Of a stretch of 64,000 nucleotides of DNA, positions 46,018 to 55,514 are shown in pieces (position 1 is the first letter of the stretch; every line of letters begins with the position of its first letter). Position numbers and translations under genes: made by a program. The stretch comes from an uncultured Bacteroidales bacterium. GTDB lineage: Bacteria > Bacteroidota > Bacteroidia > Bacteroidales > UBA4181. The notes below the pieces were generated by a model. The model was not told the origin of the DNA and ran no database searches. It was given only the letters and a program-made list of their open reading frames with translations. Where the stretch lies: positions 50,033-114,032 of the forward strand of contig CAYGID010000002.1 of assembly GCA_964349835.1 (NCBI GenBank), in the 5' to 3' direction.

Positions 46018-47109
46018 ATGGCAGAACAAGATGCGTTCGAAAGCGCCTTAACGGTGAATGCCGGTATAGAGCAACCGCCATCTGTTAATCAGGATGCCAT
46101 TGCCCGTTTCCTGCAAAAAAGGAGACCCAAACTCACAGCGCAGGAGTACCTTGCAGGCATACTGGCCGGCGATGTTTCCATACTTAGCCAGGCCATCACC
46201 CTGGTAGAGAGTTCTCTGCCCGAACATTCGGCCATGGCTCAGGAGATTGTGGAGGCCTCGCTTCCGCATGCCTCGAAGTCGGTGCGCATCGGCATAACCG
46301 GTGTGCCTGGCGCCGGAAAAAGCACCTTTATCGAGGCCATGGGAAAATACCTCACCTCCAAGGGACATCGGTTGGCCGTACTGGCCGTCGACCCTTCGAG
46401 CGAGCGCTCTTCGGGCAGTATACTGGGCGACAAAACGCGGATGGAGACTCTTGCAGTAGATCCCCGCGCCTATATACGTCCTTCCCCTTCGGCCGGATCG
46501 CTTGGCGGAGTAGCGCGAAAAACTCGTGAATCGGCTGTTTTATGTGAGGCTGCGGGTTATGATGTACTCTTTATTGAAACCGTTGGAGTGGGACAATCCG
46601 AGACAGCGGTTCACTCCATGACCGACTTTTTCCTGTTGATCCAGATTGCGGGTGCCGGCGATGAACTGCAGGGAATCAAACGGGGCATTATGGAGATGGC
46701 CGATACCATTGCTATCAACAAGGCCGATGGCGATAATATGGAGCGGGCAACTATGGCCATGGCTCTTTACAAAAACGCCCTCCACCTTTTTCCAAAAACC
46801 GTTTCGGGTTGGCACCCGCAGGTTTTGACCTGTTCTTCGTATACCTCTGCCGGTATTCCACAGGTGTGGGAAACCATTACCAAATATATGAAGCTGGTTA
46901 AGGAGAATGGCTTCTTTGAGCATAAACGGCGAGCCCAGTCTAAGTATTGGATGTCGGAGTTTATTGACTACCGTCTGAAACGCCATTTTGCGCTTTCTCC
47001 GGAGGTTGTAAGGCAAAAAGCCGACTTGGAACGGAAGGTGCTCGAAGGAGAGATGAGCCCGTTTACTGCTGCGGAAGCGCTATTGGACTCCTATTTTGGA
47101 GCCGAGTAG
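46018..47109 (+). CDS. meaB: MeaB/ArgK-type G3E GTPase (methylmalonyl-CoA mutase accessory protein)
   Basis: 363 aa with GVPGAGKSTFIE, ETVGVGQSE and NKAD. Confidence 0.9.
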   Translation: MAEQDAFESALTVNAGIEQPPSVNQDAIARFLQKRRPKLTAQEYLAGILAGDVSILSQAITLVESSLPEHSAMAQEIVEASLPHASKSVRIGITGVPGAGKSTFIEAMGKYLTSKGHRLAVLAVDPSSERSSGSILGDKTRMETLAVDPRAYIRPSPSAGSLGGVARKTRESAVLCEAAGYDVLFIETVGVGQSETAVHSMTDFFLLIQIAGAGDELQGIKRGIMEMADTIAINKADGDNMERATMAMALYKNALHLFPKTVSGWHPQVLTCSSYTSAGIPQVWETITKYMKLVKENGFFEHKRRAQSKYWMSEFIDYRLKRHFALSPEVVRQKADLERKVLEGEMSPFTAAEALLDSYFGAE

Positions 47110-47119
47110 ACAGTATATT

Positions 47120-47143
47120 AATGCTCTAATGCTCTAATGCTCT
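47120..47143. repeat. Octamer repeat AATGCTCT x3
   Basis: Three perfect units starting 11 nt after the meaB stop, between the convergent meaB and proS genes. Confidence 0.8.
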
Positions 47144-47272
47144 GAAGTGCGGATCGGCGGTTTCGGCCGAAGATTTTAGCCTCTCTACAGTTTCGGAAAG
47201 CATCGTGTGCAGCAGCCGGAAGGCTACAAATGAACCTAATCCTTCCGCTTCCATCGCTGGGGTTATTGGTGG

Positions 47273-48748
47273 CTAATAGGCACGGGCAAAGAGTACCCTT
47301 CTTTCCGAGGGCTTTCCGGTGAGAATGCATTTTCCCTCTTCCATGTGCGAGTCGAAAGGGATACAGCGAATTGTGGCCTTGGTCTCTTCCTTGATACGGG
47401 CTTCCGTTTCGGCTGTGCCGTCCCAGTGGGCCAGGATATATCCGGGTTTTTCGTCGAGCAATCGCTTAAACTCCTCGTAATCGTTGCAGGGTACGGTGTT
47501 CTCGCTTCGGAAAGCCAACGCCTTGTTATAAATGGTGGTTTGTATCTCGTCCATCAGGGCCACTACTCTCGCGGTTGCCTCATTGAGCGGGCAAATCTCT
47601 TTTTGGAGTGTATCACGCCTGGCAATCTCGACTGTGCCGTTTTCGAGATCGCGGGGACCCATGGCAATCCGAACTGGAATTCCTTTCAATTCATGTTCGG
47701 CAAACTTAAAGCCGGGCTTGAGCGTGTCGCGATCGTCGAATTGTACCGTTAGTCCCTTCGCTTCCAACTCTTTTTTGAGGGGGAGAATGGTTTCACTCAG
47801 TAGCTGTAACTGTTCTGCTTTCTGATAAATAGGAACAATCACCACGTGAATGGGAGCCAGTTTAGGGGGCAAAACCAGACCGTTGTCGTCGGAGTGAGCC
47901 ATAATGAGCGCCCCCATCAAACGGGTTGAGACGCCCCACGAAGTGGCCCAGACATAGTCGAGTACTCCTTCGCGCGAGGTGAACTTAACATCGAACGCTT
48001 TCGCAAAGTTCTGACCCAGAAAGTGAGAGGTTCCCGATTGCAGTGCTTTCCCGTCCTGCATCAGCGCCTCAATTGAGTAGGTGTCGATGGCTCCGGCAAA
48101 ACGCTCATTTTCGCTTTTCCATCCCTTTACAACCGGCATGGCCATATACTCTTCGGCAAAGTCGGCGTACACGTTAATCATCTGCATAGCCTCAGCTTTG
48201 GCCTCCTCCTCTGTAGCATGGGCCGTGTGCCCCTCCTGCCAGAGAAACTCAGTGGTTCGCAAAAAGAGCCGGGTGCGCATCTCCCACCTTACCACGTTTG
48301 CCCACTGGTTAATCAGCAGGGGCAGGTCGCGGTACGACTGAATCCATCCCTTGTATGTGTTCCAAATGATGGTTTCGGAGGTGGGTCTTACAATGTACTC
48401 CTCTTCTAAACGGGCATCCTCGTCGACCACAATCCCTTTGCCGTTGGGATCATTCTTAAGCCGGTAATGCGTAACCACCGCACACTCCTTTGCAAAGCCA
48501 TCTACATGGCTAGCCTCCTTACTGAAAAAAGATTTGGGGATGAAAAGGGGAAAATAGGCGTTGCTGTGACCCGTCTCCTTGAACTTTTTGTCGAGTACCG
48601 CCTGCATCTTTTCCCAAATGGCGTAACCGTAAGGTTTGATGACCATACAGCCCCTTACGGCCGAATTTTCGGCGAGGCCTGCTTTATTGACAATATCGTT
48701 GTACCACTGAGAGTAGTTGACCTTTCGTTCGGTTATATCTTTGGCCAT
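47273..48748 (-). CDS. proS: Proline--tRNA ligase (archaeal/eukaryote-like short type)
   Basis: Trimmed to the ATG at 48748 ([16 protein letters not shown]...), giving 491 aa. Class II motifs are present, and the C-terminus is ...RVLFARAY. Confidence 0.95.
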   Translation of the reverse strand: MAKDITERKVNYSQWYNDIVNKAGLAENSAVRGCMVIKPYGYAIWEKMQAVLDKKFKETGHSNAYFPLFIPKSFFSKEASHVDGFAKECAVVTHYRLKNDPNGKGIVVDEDARLEEEYIVRPTSETIIWNTYKGWIQSYRDLPLLINQWANVVRWEMRTRLFLRTTEFLWQEGHTAHATEEEAKAEAMQMINVYADFAEEYMAMPVVKGWKSENERFAGAIDTYSIEALMQDGKALQSGTSHFLGQNFAKAFDVKFTSREGVLDYVWATSWGVSTRLMGALIMAHSDDNGLVLPPKLAPIHVVIVPIYQKAEQLQLLSETILPLKKELEAKGLTVQFDDRDTLKPGFKFAEHELKGIPVRIAMGPRDLENGTVEIARRDTLQKEICPLNEATARVVALMDEIQTTIYNKALAFRSENTVPCNDYEEFKRLLDEKPGYILAHWDGTAETEARIKEETKATIRCIPFDSHMEEGKCILTGKPSERRVLFARAY

Positions 48749-48827
48749 TTTTTTTGGTATGCTTTTTGTTTTATCGATTACAAAGGATGGCCATAATCTT
48801 TTTTTCGGCCGATTTTGATTATCATTG

Positions 48828-48835
48828 CAAAAGTA
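48828..48835 (-). promoter_or_regulatory. Candidate -7 box (TACTTTTG) upstream of proS
   Basis: Matches TAnnTTTG on the minus strand, 80 nt upstream of the ATG at 48748. Confidence 0.3.
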
Positions 48836-48869
48836 ACTAAATCCAACGAATTCAACAGAAGGAGGCATC

Positions 48870-50291
48870 ATGAAACTTCAATTATTCATTCCGGTATTCG
48901 CGGTTATCCTCTCAGCTGGATGTTCGTCAGCCTATTTGTCCTCCTCGATGAATACAGACGACGCTTACTATACACCGCGGCTTAAATCAGCATCCGTAGC
49001 ATCCCGTCAGGCCCCTGAGGCGATGGTTAGCGAAACGGGTGTGAATGTACCCTCTGCCAACCGCTATACGGTTCCGGAAGGTAACTCCCGTTCGGCATCT
49101 GTTGCCAATACTTCGGGTTTGAGCGACTACGAAAGGTACCGACTCTCGCTTGAGAATGGAGAGGAGGCCGAAGGTTCTACGCAGAGCTATTACGAAGATG
49201 AGGTTGAATATGTTTCGGAACCCCAATACATGGAGGGTACAACTGTAGTTAACAACTACTATATCACCGCCCCCTCTTCGTACATGTACCGGTTTAACAA
49301 CCGGTATGTAAACTCCTTTTATGATCCTTATTACTGGGATCCCTGGTGGGATTACTCTCCCTGGTATGGCGGCTATTACAACTCATTCGGTTTTGGGTGG
49401 AATTCGCACTACGGTTGGAACATTGGGTTTGGTTATGGTTGGGGCGGGTATGGAGGGAATCCCTACTACATGTACGATCCCTGGTATGGTGGAGGATACT
49501 ATTCCTATTACCAACCGGTTCAGTGGAGCCGCTACGTGAATGCCAACTACCGGCCTACTTCGCGTTATGCAGGCACTACTGCCCGCTCTTCGCGCAACGG
49601 TACCGGAGGTCTCTATAATGGAGGTATGGGACTGCTCAACAACGGAGGGTCCACCACACTGCGCAGTGCTTCGGCTGCAACCGATCGCCGTAGTAACGAT
49701 GCCTCTTACATATCGACCCGTTCGGCCTCTTCGGCCGGCAGTTCGGTAACAACAGGAAGCGGAACAAGAGTAACGGGCAGCAGCTCCGAAGGGGTTTCGA
49801 CCCGCGAAGGGAATGCCACCTACACTCGTCCCGTCCGTACTGCCACTGTTTCGGGTTCAGCTTCGGCCGACAGAGTGGTTAGTTCGCGCAACGGCACTGT
49901 AAGCCAGCCTGCTGCGGCAACCTCTACAAATACGACTACAGCTCCCCGTACCGGTACCGTACGGAGCGGCACAAACTCATCGGCCACCTCGTCGGGCTAT
50001 ACTCCCAGCTACACCCGTCCCAGAACTTCGCCGGTGAGAACCACCGTTCCCACCACTTCTACAAGGTCGAGTAGTTCCGGAACATCGACTTCAACCTCTC
50101 CAACCACATCGACCACCTCTACCCGAAGCGTGTATCGTTCTACTACCTCTTCGTCTGCCGGTTCGACTTCGGTTTCTTCCGGCTCTTCGGGTTCTGTTCG
50201 GTCGAGCAGTAGCAGTGGAGCTGTCAGCAGCCCTTCGCGTTCTACCAGTGCTCCCGCCTCCACCCGTTCCACATCGCCTATTCGTCGATAA
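48870..50291 (+). CDS. Low-complexity lipoprotein with an aromatic/Gly-rich block and a long Ser/Thr/Arg-rich tail
   Basis: 473 aa with lipobox ILSAGC. Residues 129-222 are rich in Y, W and G ([43 protein letters not shown]). Residues 230-473 are mostly S, T and R. Confidence 0.55.
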   Translation: MKLQLFIPVFAVILSAGCSSAYLSSSMNTDDAYYTPRLKSASVASRQAPEAMVSETGVNVPSANRYTVPEGNSRSASVANTSGLSDYERYRLSLENGEEAEGSTQSYYEDEVEYVSEPQYMEGTTVVNNYYITAPSSYMYRFNNRYVNSFYDPYYWDPWWDYSPWYGGYYNSFGFGWNSHYGWNIGFGYGWGGYGGNPYYMYDPWYGGGYYSYYQPVQWSRYVNANYRPTSRYAGTTARSSRNGTGGLYNGGMGLLNNGGSTTLRSASAATDRRSNDASYISTRSASSAGSSVTTGSGTRVTGSSSEGVSTREGNATYTRPVRTATVSGSASADRVVSSRNGTVSQPAAATSTNTTTAPRTGTVRSGTNSSATSSGYTPSYTRPRTSPVRTTVPTTSTRSSSSGTSTSTSPTTSTTSTRSVYRSTTSSSAGSTSVSSGSSGSVRSSSSSGAVSSPSRSTSAPASTRSTSPIRR

Positions 50292-50377
50292 GTTCGTTCA
50301 ATCCCCAATTTTGCAACGACCATGAACCGAGTATGTAGCTCCCTGTTTCTTGATGCCTGGGTGTTATTCCTAAGCAA

Positions 50378-50422
50378 CATGGAGCTCCATGCTACCACTT
50401 AATAATAATTAATACTTCCAGC
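50378..50422 (+). repeat. Palindromic leader element, OMP-locus copy 1
   Basis: CATGGAGCTCCATG, then CTACCACTTAATAATAATTAATACTTCCAGC, then ATGAAC (the start of mini-ORF 2). Confidence 0.7.
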
Positions 50423-50478
50423 ATGAACCGAACATGTTGCTCTCTGTTCTGTAATGTTTTTAGCGCTCTCTTAAGCAA

Positions 50479-50522
50479 CATGGAGCTCCATGCTACCACT
50501 TAATAATAATAATACTTCCAGC
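50479..50522 (+). repeat. Palindromic leader element, OMP-locus copy 2
   Basis: CATGGAGCTCCATG, then CTACCACTTAATAATAATAATACTTCCAGC, then ATGAAA (the start of the OMP gene). Confidence 0.7.
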
Positions 50523-52109
50523 ATGAAACGATCTATACTCCTTTTGGTGGCTCTGCTGGCTTCAGCTCAGCTGGTACGGGCTCAGATTCCTGCCGATGCC
50601 TTTACCCTTTCGCACCACTTTCCCTCCGGAAGCGCCCGCTACTCGGCCATGGGCGGTTCTATGGGCGCTTTTGGCGGCGATCCTTCGGCTATGTTTACTA
50701 ACCCTGCCGGTTTGGGTCTCTACAGGGGGTCGGAATTTTCTATTACACCCGGATTACAGCTGAACCAAACCAAAACCTCGTTTGGGCGGGGTTCAACCGA
50801 TAACAGAACCTCCTTCCTGCTGGGCAATCTGGCTTATGTGGCTACTCTCGAGGATTTTGGTGGGGCTGGGGCACTCAAAAGCCTCACCTTTGGATTCGGC
50901 TACAACACCCTTTCGGAGTTCGGCAACAATACCCTCTTTCGCGCCACCGGTATGGAGTCTTCGCTGCTCGATATGTGGGCCGGCACCTCCAGCAACTGGG
51001 TGAATCCTGATCCTAAATACCATGATCCTTCGTTGGAGAATCCCCCTTATTACAACCCTGATGAGTTGTTGGGTCAGAGTGTCTACTCCTATTTGGCCTA
51101 CAATCAGGGTTTGATTGGGCTCGACAATGCCGATCCGGCTATTTTCGACAGGCCTGAGGGTTATTACAGCGTGGCCGAATATACCGGGTATGGTCAGAGC
51201 CTGACCCGGAAACTGGAGCAGAGAGGCCGGGTAGGAGAGTGGTCGTTCTCGATGGCCGGAAACATTGACGACCAGTTCTATTTCGGGTTGACCCTTGGTG
51301 TTCAGGATATTGAATACAAGGAGTGGATGGTACACCGTGAAACAGGTGGTCCCGGTTCGGAGCTCGATTTTTTCGATTATATGCAGGATTTTAAGATGAC
51401 CGGTTACGGAGTGAATCTCAAGTTGGGAGCCATTTATCGTCCCACTGACATGATCAGGTTAGGCCTTGCTTACCACACTCCTACCTGGATGAATCTTTCG
51501 CAGGAGTATCAACCCGGGGTCTATTCGCACTGGCTCACGCTCGATTCGGAAGGCCATAACGAATACGAACAGTGGGATGAACTCGCAGTCTACGATTTTA
51601 AAGCTCGCACCCCAGGTCGGTGGATAGCCAGTACCGCGGTGCAGTTTGGCCCTTTCGGGATGCTTAATGTAGACTATGAACGAATCGATTATTCCAACAT
51701 GAAGTTCAGAGCCGACCGCAGCAGCAACCTCGACGATGAGGCCTATTTCGACGCTGTGAATCTCGACATCGACGATACCTATCGTGCTGTGAATAACCTG
51801 CGTGTGGGTGCCGAAGTAAAAACGGGTCTGGTTTCGTGGCGTGGCGGTTATGGCATTTACGGAAATCCCTACCGTGAAGGCACCGTGAACCGTGATGCTT
51901 CCTATTTTACCGTTTCGGGTGGTGTGGGTTTCCGGCTCAATAATTTTTATGCCGATTTGGGTTACACCCATCTGGTCCGCAAGGAGTCCTTTTCACTCTA
52001 TGATGCCCCTACGATTTATACTAACGGCTCGGCCGATTATAATCCGGTGGTCTCTAAATGGGACACCTCGAACGGCCGGTTGCTGCTCACACTTGGTTTC
52101 AGGCTATAA
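50523..52109 (+). CDS. Outer-membrane beta-barrel protein (FadL/PorV-like family)
   Basis: Trimmed to the ATG at 50523 (MKRSILLLVALLASAQLVRAQ). Contains the N-terminal motif GGSMGAFGGDPSAMFTNPAGL. The sequence is beta-rich and ends in ...LLLTLGFRL. Confidence 0.6.
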   Translation: MKRSILLLVALLASAQLVRAQIPADAFTLSHHFPSGSARYSAMGGSMGAFGGDPSAMFTNPAGLGLYRGSEFSITPGLQLNQTKTSFGRGSTDNRTSFLLGNLAYVATLEDFGGAGALKSLTFGFGYNTLSEFGNNTLFRATGMESSLLDMWAGTSSNWVNPDPKYHDPSLENPPYYNPDELLGQSVYSYLAYNQGLIGLDNADPAIFDRPEGYYSVAEYTGYGQSLTRKLEQRGRVGEWSFSMAGNIDDQFYFGLTLGVQDIEYKEWMVHRETGGPGSELDFFDYMQDFKMTGYGVNLKLGAIYRPTDMIRLGLAYHTPTWMNLSQEYQPGVYSHWLTLDSEGHNEYEQWDELAVYDFKARTPGRWIASTAVQFGPFGMLNVDYERIDYSNMKFRADRSSNLDDEAYFDAVNLDIDDTYRAVNNLRVGAEVKTGLVSWRGGYGIYGNPYREGTVNRDASYFTVSGGVGFRLNNFYADLGYTHLVRKESFSLYDAPTIYTNGSADYNPVVSKWDTSNGRLLLTLGFRL

Positions 52110-52165
52110 ATTTCATTTGCTGAACTTTTGAGAATGGTTCCTGGCTCTATTAATATCTTTTTGTT

Positions 52166-53509
52166 GTGAAAATTGTAATTGCTGGTGCGGGTGAAACGGG
52201 TACGCACCTTACTAAACTGTTAAGCGCCGAGAACCACGAAATCGTTGTGATTGATGCTTCGGACGAGAGTCTGAATTCTTTGAGTCAGATGCTCGATATC
52301 CTTACCGTAAACGGTCTGCCTACATCGCTTTCGGCTCTGGAATCGGCCAGCGTCGACAAAGCCCAGCTCTTTATTGCCGTTACCCCTTCGCAAGACTCCA
52401 ATATTGTGGCCTGTACTCTTGCCAGCCGTTTGGGGGCAAAGATTACGGTGGCTCGAATCGATAATTTTGAATATCTTCAGAAGGAGCATAAGGATTTTTT
52501 TACAGAGCTCGGCATCAACTATATGATCTATCCCGAGAAGAGCGCTGCCCGGGAGATTGTCTCTCTGATTAATCAGTCGGCTCTCACCGACCTAGTCGAC
52601 TTTTCGGGCGGAAAGCTCTCTCTACTGGTTTTGCGATTGGATGAGAACTCACCCATTGCGGGGCGGCCTCTTTCTGATCTTTTCTCTGGCCCAAAGCAGT
52701 CGTCGTACCGTGTTGTGGCCATCTCCCGAAACAACGATACCCTTATTCCTCACGGGAATGATCGGTTGCGAGCCAACGATACTGCCTATATTGTTAGTGA
52801 TCATCGGGGTATGCGCCTCCTTTCGGAGGTTACCGGGAAGAATACAAAACAACTGCGCAAGGTGATGATTCTGGGAGGAAGCCGTATTGGGCGCTTCGTG
52901 GCTAAAGAGCTCGAGAAACAGTTTCATGTGAAACTGATTGAGGCCGATCGCGAGAAGGCCAACCGTCTTTCCGGAATGCTCTCGAATTCGATGATTATTC
53001 ACGGAGATGGCACTAAGATAGATCTGCTTTTAGAAGAGGGTCTTAAAAATACCGATGCGTTTGTGGCAGTTACAGGAAACTCGGAAACCAATATTCTCTC
53101 CTGTATGCTGGCCAAGCAAGAAGGGGTACAACGTGTGGTGGCCGAGATTGAGAACCTCGATTATCTTCCTCTGGCACAAAAGATGGGAATTGACTCTATC
53201 ATCAATAAGAAGTTGATTTCGGCTTCGAACATCTTTCAGTTTACCTTGGGCGACAAGATTTCTTTAGTTAAAACCCTTTCGGTTGCCACCGGGGCTGAGG
53301 TAATTGAGTATGTTGCGCAGAAGGGTTCGGTTATTACCCAAAAACCTTTATCGGCAATCAGGTTTCCTGAGAATGCCATTATCGGTGGGGTCGTGAGGGG
53401 TGAATCGAGTTTTATTGCCGAGGGAACCACTCAAGTGATGCCGCTCGATCATGTAGTGGTATTTACGCTCCCGTCTGCAGTGAACGAGGTGAGCAGGTTG
53501 TTTGCCTGA
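52166..53509 (+). CDS. trkA: Trk potassium uptake system NAD-binding protein TrkA
   Basis: 447 aa with a GTG start. Two Rossmann-fold/RCK units (IAGAGETG and ILGGSRIG). Confidence 0.9.
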   Translation: MKIVIAGAGETGTHLTKLLSAENHEIVVIDASDESLNSLSQMLDILTVNGLPTSLSALESASVDKAQLFIAVTPSQDSNIVACTLASRLGAKITVARIDNFEYLQKEHKDFFTELGINYMIYPEKSAAREIVSLINQSALTDLVDFSGGKLSLLVLRLDENSPIAGRPLSDLFSGPKQSSYRVVAISRNNDTLIPHGNDRLRANDTAYIVSDHRGMRLLSEVTGKNTKQLRKVMILGGSRIGRFVAKELEKQFHVKLIEADREKANRLSGMLSNSMIIHGDGTKIDLLLEEGLKNTDAFVAVTGNSETNILSCMLAKQEGVQRVVAEIENLDYLPLAQKMGIDSIINKKLISASNIFQFTLGDKISLVKTLSVATGAEVIEYVAQKGSVITQKPLSAIRFPENAIIGGVVRGESSFIAEGTTQVMPLDHVVVFTLPSAVNEVSRLFA

Positions 53510-53537
53510 CGCCTCGTCTACTGTATAGGTAAAATAA

Positions 53538-53568
53538 AAAGAGGGTGCCCCGCAGGGGCACCCTCTTT
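53538..53568. terminator. Bidirectional hairpin terminator between trkA and pckG
   Basis: Perfect 14-bp stem AAAGAGGGTGCCCC / GGGGCACCCTCTTT with a 3-nt loop, between convergent genes. Confidence 0.8.
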
Positions 53569-53588
53569 ACTATGTGGCAGGATGATAA

Positions 53589-55400
53589 TTATCCGCAGCA
53601 GCAGCAACTATCCATTCCCAATCTTTTCCTGAGACCTTTCAGCTCTTTCGAAAGTTCTTCGGGCAGATGTTTTCCAAACGATGCGTAGTGCTCTTCAATT
53701 AGGGCAACTTCGGCTTTCCAATCATCAGCACAAACGGCAAGTGCCTTCTCCATTTCGGCAGAGGTGAGGTTCAGCCCTTCGATGTTGATACCGTCGGCGG
53801 ACGGAACCTTTCCGATGGGGGTCTCTTTTACCTGGCCTTCGCCGTTGCAACGGTCGAAGATATAGGCCAGCACACGGCTGTTTTCGCCATAACCAGGCCA
53901 CAGGAACTTGCCATCTTCTTTGCGGAACCAGTTCACGAAGAAGAATCTGGGCAGTTTTTCGGGAGCGGTAGCGTTCTTGCCCAAGTTAATCCAATGTTGG
54001 AAATAGTCGCCCATGTGGTATCCGCAGAAGGGAAGCATGGCGAAGGGGTCGCGACGAACACCGGCCTTCAGACCGATAGCGGCAGCGGTCACTTCGGAAC
54101 CTACGATCGAACCCATGAACACGCCATGGTTCCAGCTGGTTGCCTCGTGTACCAACGGCACGGTTGAGGGACGACGACCTCCGAAGAGGATGGCCGAGAT
54201 GGGTACGCCTGCAGGATTTTCCCAATCTTTGTCGATAGCAGGACACTGCGATGCAGGAGCGGTAAAACGGGCATTCGGATGGGCTACCAATTCGTCGGAA
54301 GCGGGATCGTACAGCTTGTTTTTCCAGGTGATAGTTCCTGCAGGACAGTCGGTTCCGATGCCTTCCCACCATACATCGCCGTCGGGGGTGAGCCCTACGT
54401 TGGTGAAGATGGTGTTGGAATTAGCCGAAATCATAGCATTGGGGTTTGTATCCATAGAGGTGAAGGGAGCTACGCCAAAGAAGCCTGCTTCAGGATTGAT
54501 GGCATAGAGACGGCCATCGGCACCAAATTTCATCCAGGCAATGTCATCGCCCACGGTTTCAACCTTCCATCCGGGGATGGTGGGAATGAGCATAGCCAGG
54601 TTGGTTTTTCCGCAAGCGCTGGGGAATGCGGCGGCAACATACTTCTTTTCGCCTTTGGGGTTGGTGAGCCCTAAAATCAGCATGTGCTCGGCCAACCAGC
54701 CCTCCCTTTTTGCCATCGTGGAGGCAATACGGAGTGCAAGACATTTCTTTCCGAGAAGTGCGTTTCCTCCGTAACCGGAACCGTACGACCAAATTTCGCG
54801 GGTTTCGGGGAAGTGCGAGATATATTTTTCTTCGATGGGAGCGCAGGGCCATTTTGCATCTTTCTGACCGGGCTGCAGGGGAGCACCTACTGTGTGAACA
54901 CAGGGAACAAATTCGCCTTTCTCGCCGAGAACGTCGAGAACAGGTTGCCCCATGCGGGTCATGATGCGCATGTTAACCACAACATATTCGGAATCGGAAA
55001 TTTCAACACCGATATGTGCGATGTTTGAACCGAGAGGGCCCATGCTGAAGGGAATCACATACATGGTGCGACCTTTCATGCACCCTTTGTACTTGGCCAA
55101 AAGAATCGACTTCATTTCGGCAGGATCCATCCAGTTGTTCGACGGGCCGGCCTCTTCCTTAGTCTTTGAGCAAATATAGGTTCTGTTCTCAACCCGGGCA
55201 ACGTCGCTGGGGTCTGATTGGAAATAGTAACTGCCGGGGCGTTTCTCCTCGTTCAGTTTTATCGCGGAACCACTGGCAACCATCTTGTCGAGAAGAAATT
55301 GATTCTCCTCTTCGGATCCGTTGCACCAGTAAACTTTGTCGGGTTGGCAGATTCCTGCCCATTCGTCTACCCACTGGAGTAATTTGTTGTTGTTTGTCAT
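53589..55400 (-). CDS. pckG: Phosphoenolpyruvate carboxykinase (GTP-dependent type)
   Basis: 603 aa. GTP-PEPCK hallmarks include FPSACGKTN (kinase-1a) and WMKFG. The protein ends in an unusual ...GMDSCCCCG. Confidence 0.95.
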   Translation of the reverse strand: MTNNNKLLQWVDEWAGICQPDKVYWCNGSEEENQFLLDKMVASGSAIKLNEEKRPGSYYFQSDPSDVARVENRTYICSKTKEEAGPSNNWMDPAEMKSILLAKYKGCMKGRTMYVIPFSMGPLGSNIAHIGVEISDSEYVVVNMRIMTRMGQPVLDVLGEKGEFVPCVHTVGAPLQPGQKDAKWPCAPIEEKYISHFPETREIWSYGSGYGGNALLGKKCLALRIASTMAKREGWLAEHMLILGLTNPKGEKKYVAAAFPSACGKTNLAMLIPTIPGWKVETVGDDIAWMKFGADGRLYAINPEAGFFGVAPFTSMDTNPNAMISANSNTIFTNVGLTPDGDVWWEGIGTDCPAGTITWKNKLYDPASDELVAHPNARFTAPASQCPAIDKDWENPAGVPISAILFGGRRPSTVPLVHEATSWNHGVFMGSIVGSEVTAAAIGLKAGVRRDPFAMLPFCGYHMGDYFQHWINLGKNATAPEKLPRFFFVNWFRKEDGKFLWPGYGENSRVLAYIFDRCNGEGQVKETPIGKVPSADGINIEGLNLTSAEMEKALAVCADDWKAEVALIEEHYASFGKHLPEELSKELKGLRKRLGMDSCCCCG

Positions 55401-55471
55401 ATAATTGTGATTAGAAATGAATTAACGAATTGTCTCGAGTAGCTCTTCACAAAGCCCTTCTTCCACGTTTG

Positions 55472-55479
55472 CAAATATA
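55472..55479 (-). promoter_or_regulatory. Candidate -7 box (TATATTTG) upstream of pckG
   Basis: Matches TAnnTTTG on the minus strand, 72 nt upstream of the ATG at 55400. Confidence 0.35.
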
Positions 55480-55514
55480 TGGAATAAGCTCCAAAAATGG
55501 AGGGGAAACAATCA

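Larger units (their letters stand above)
50322..50522 (+). repeat. Tandem direct repeat, 2 units of about 100 bp (101 + 100 bp), upstream of the OMP gene
   Basis: Units start at 50322 and 50423, each with ATGAACCGA, and the OMP gene starts at 50523 with ATGAAACGA. The 3' halves of the units match exactly apart from a 1-nt indel (TAAGCAACATGGAGCTCCATGCTACCACTTAATAATAAT...). The 5' halves are diverged, roughly 70% identical by eye. Confidence 0.85.

Noticed and set aside
47205-47250. GCC-GGAA-GGC tetraloop hairpin preceded by AGCAGC, superficially reminiscent of SRP (4.5S) RNA helix 8.
   Set aside because: The conserved asymmetric and symmetric loop sequences are on the wrong sides, and the flanking sequence cannot form the extended SRP helix.
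47118-47330. 70-aa minus-strand ORF in the meaB/proS gap.
   Set aside because: It starts inside the proS 3' end in another frame and runs across the octamer array. No motifs, and most likely non-coding.
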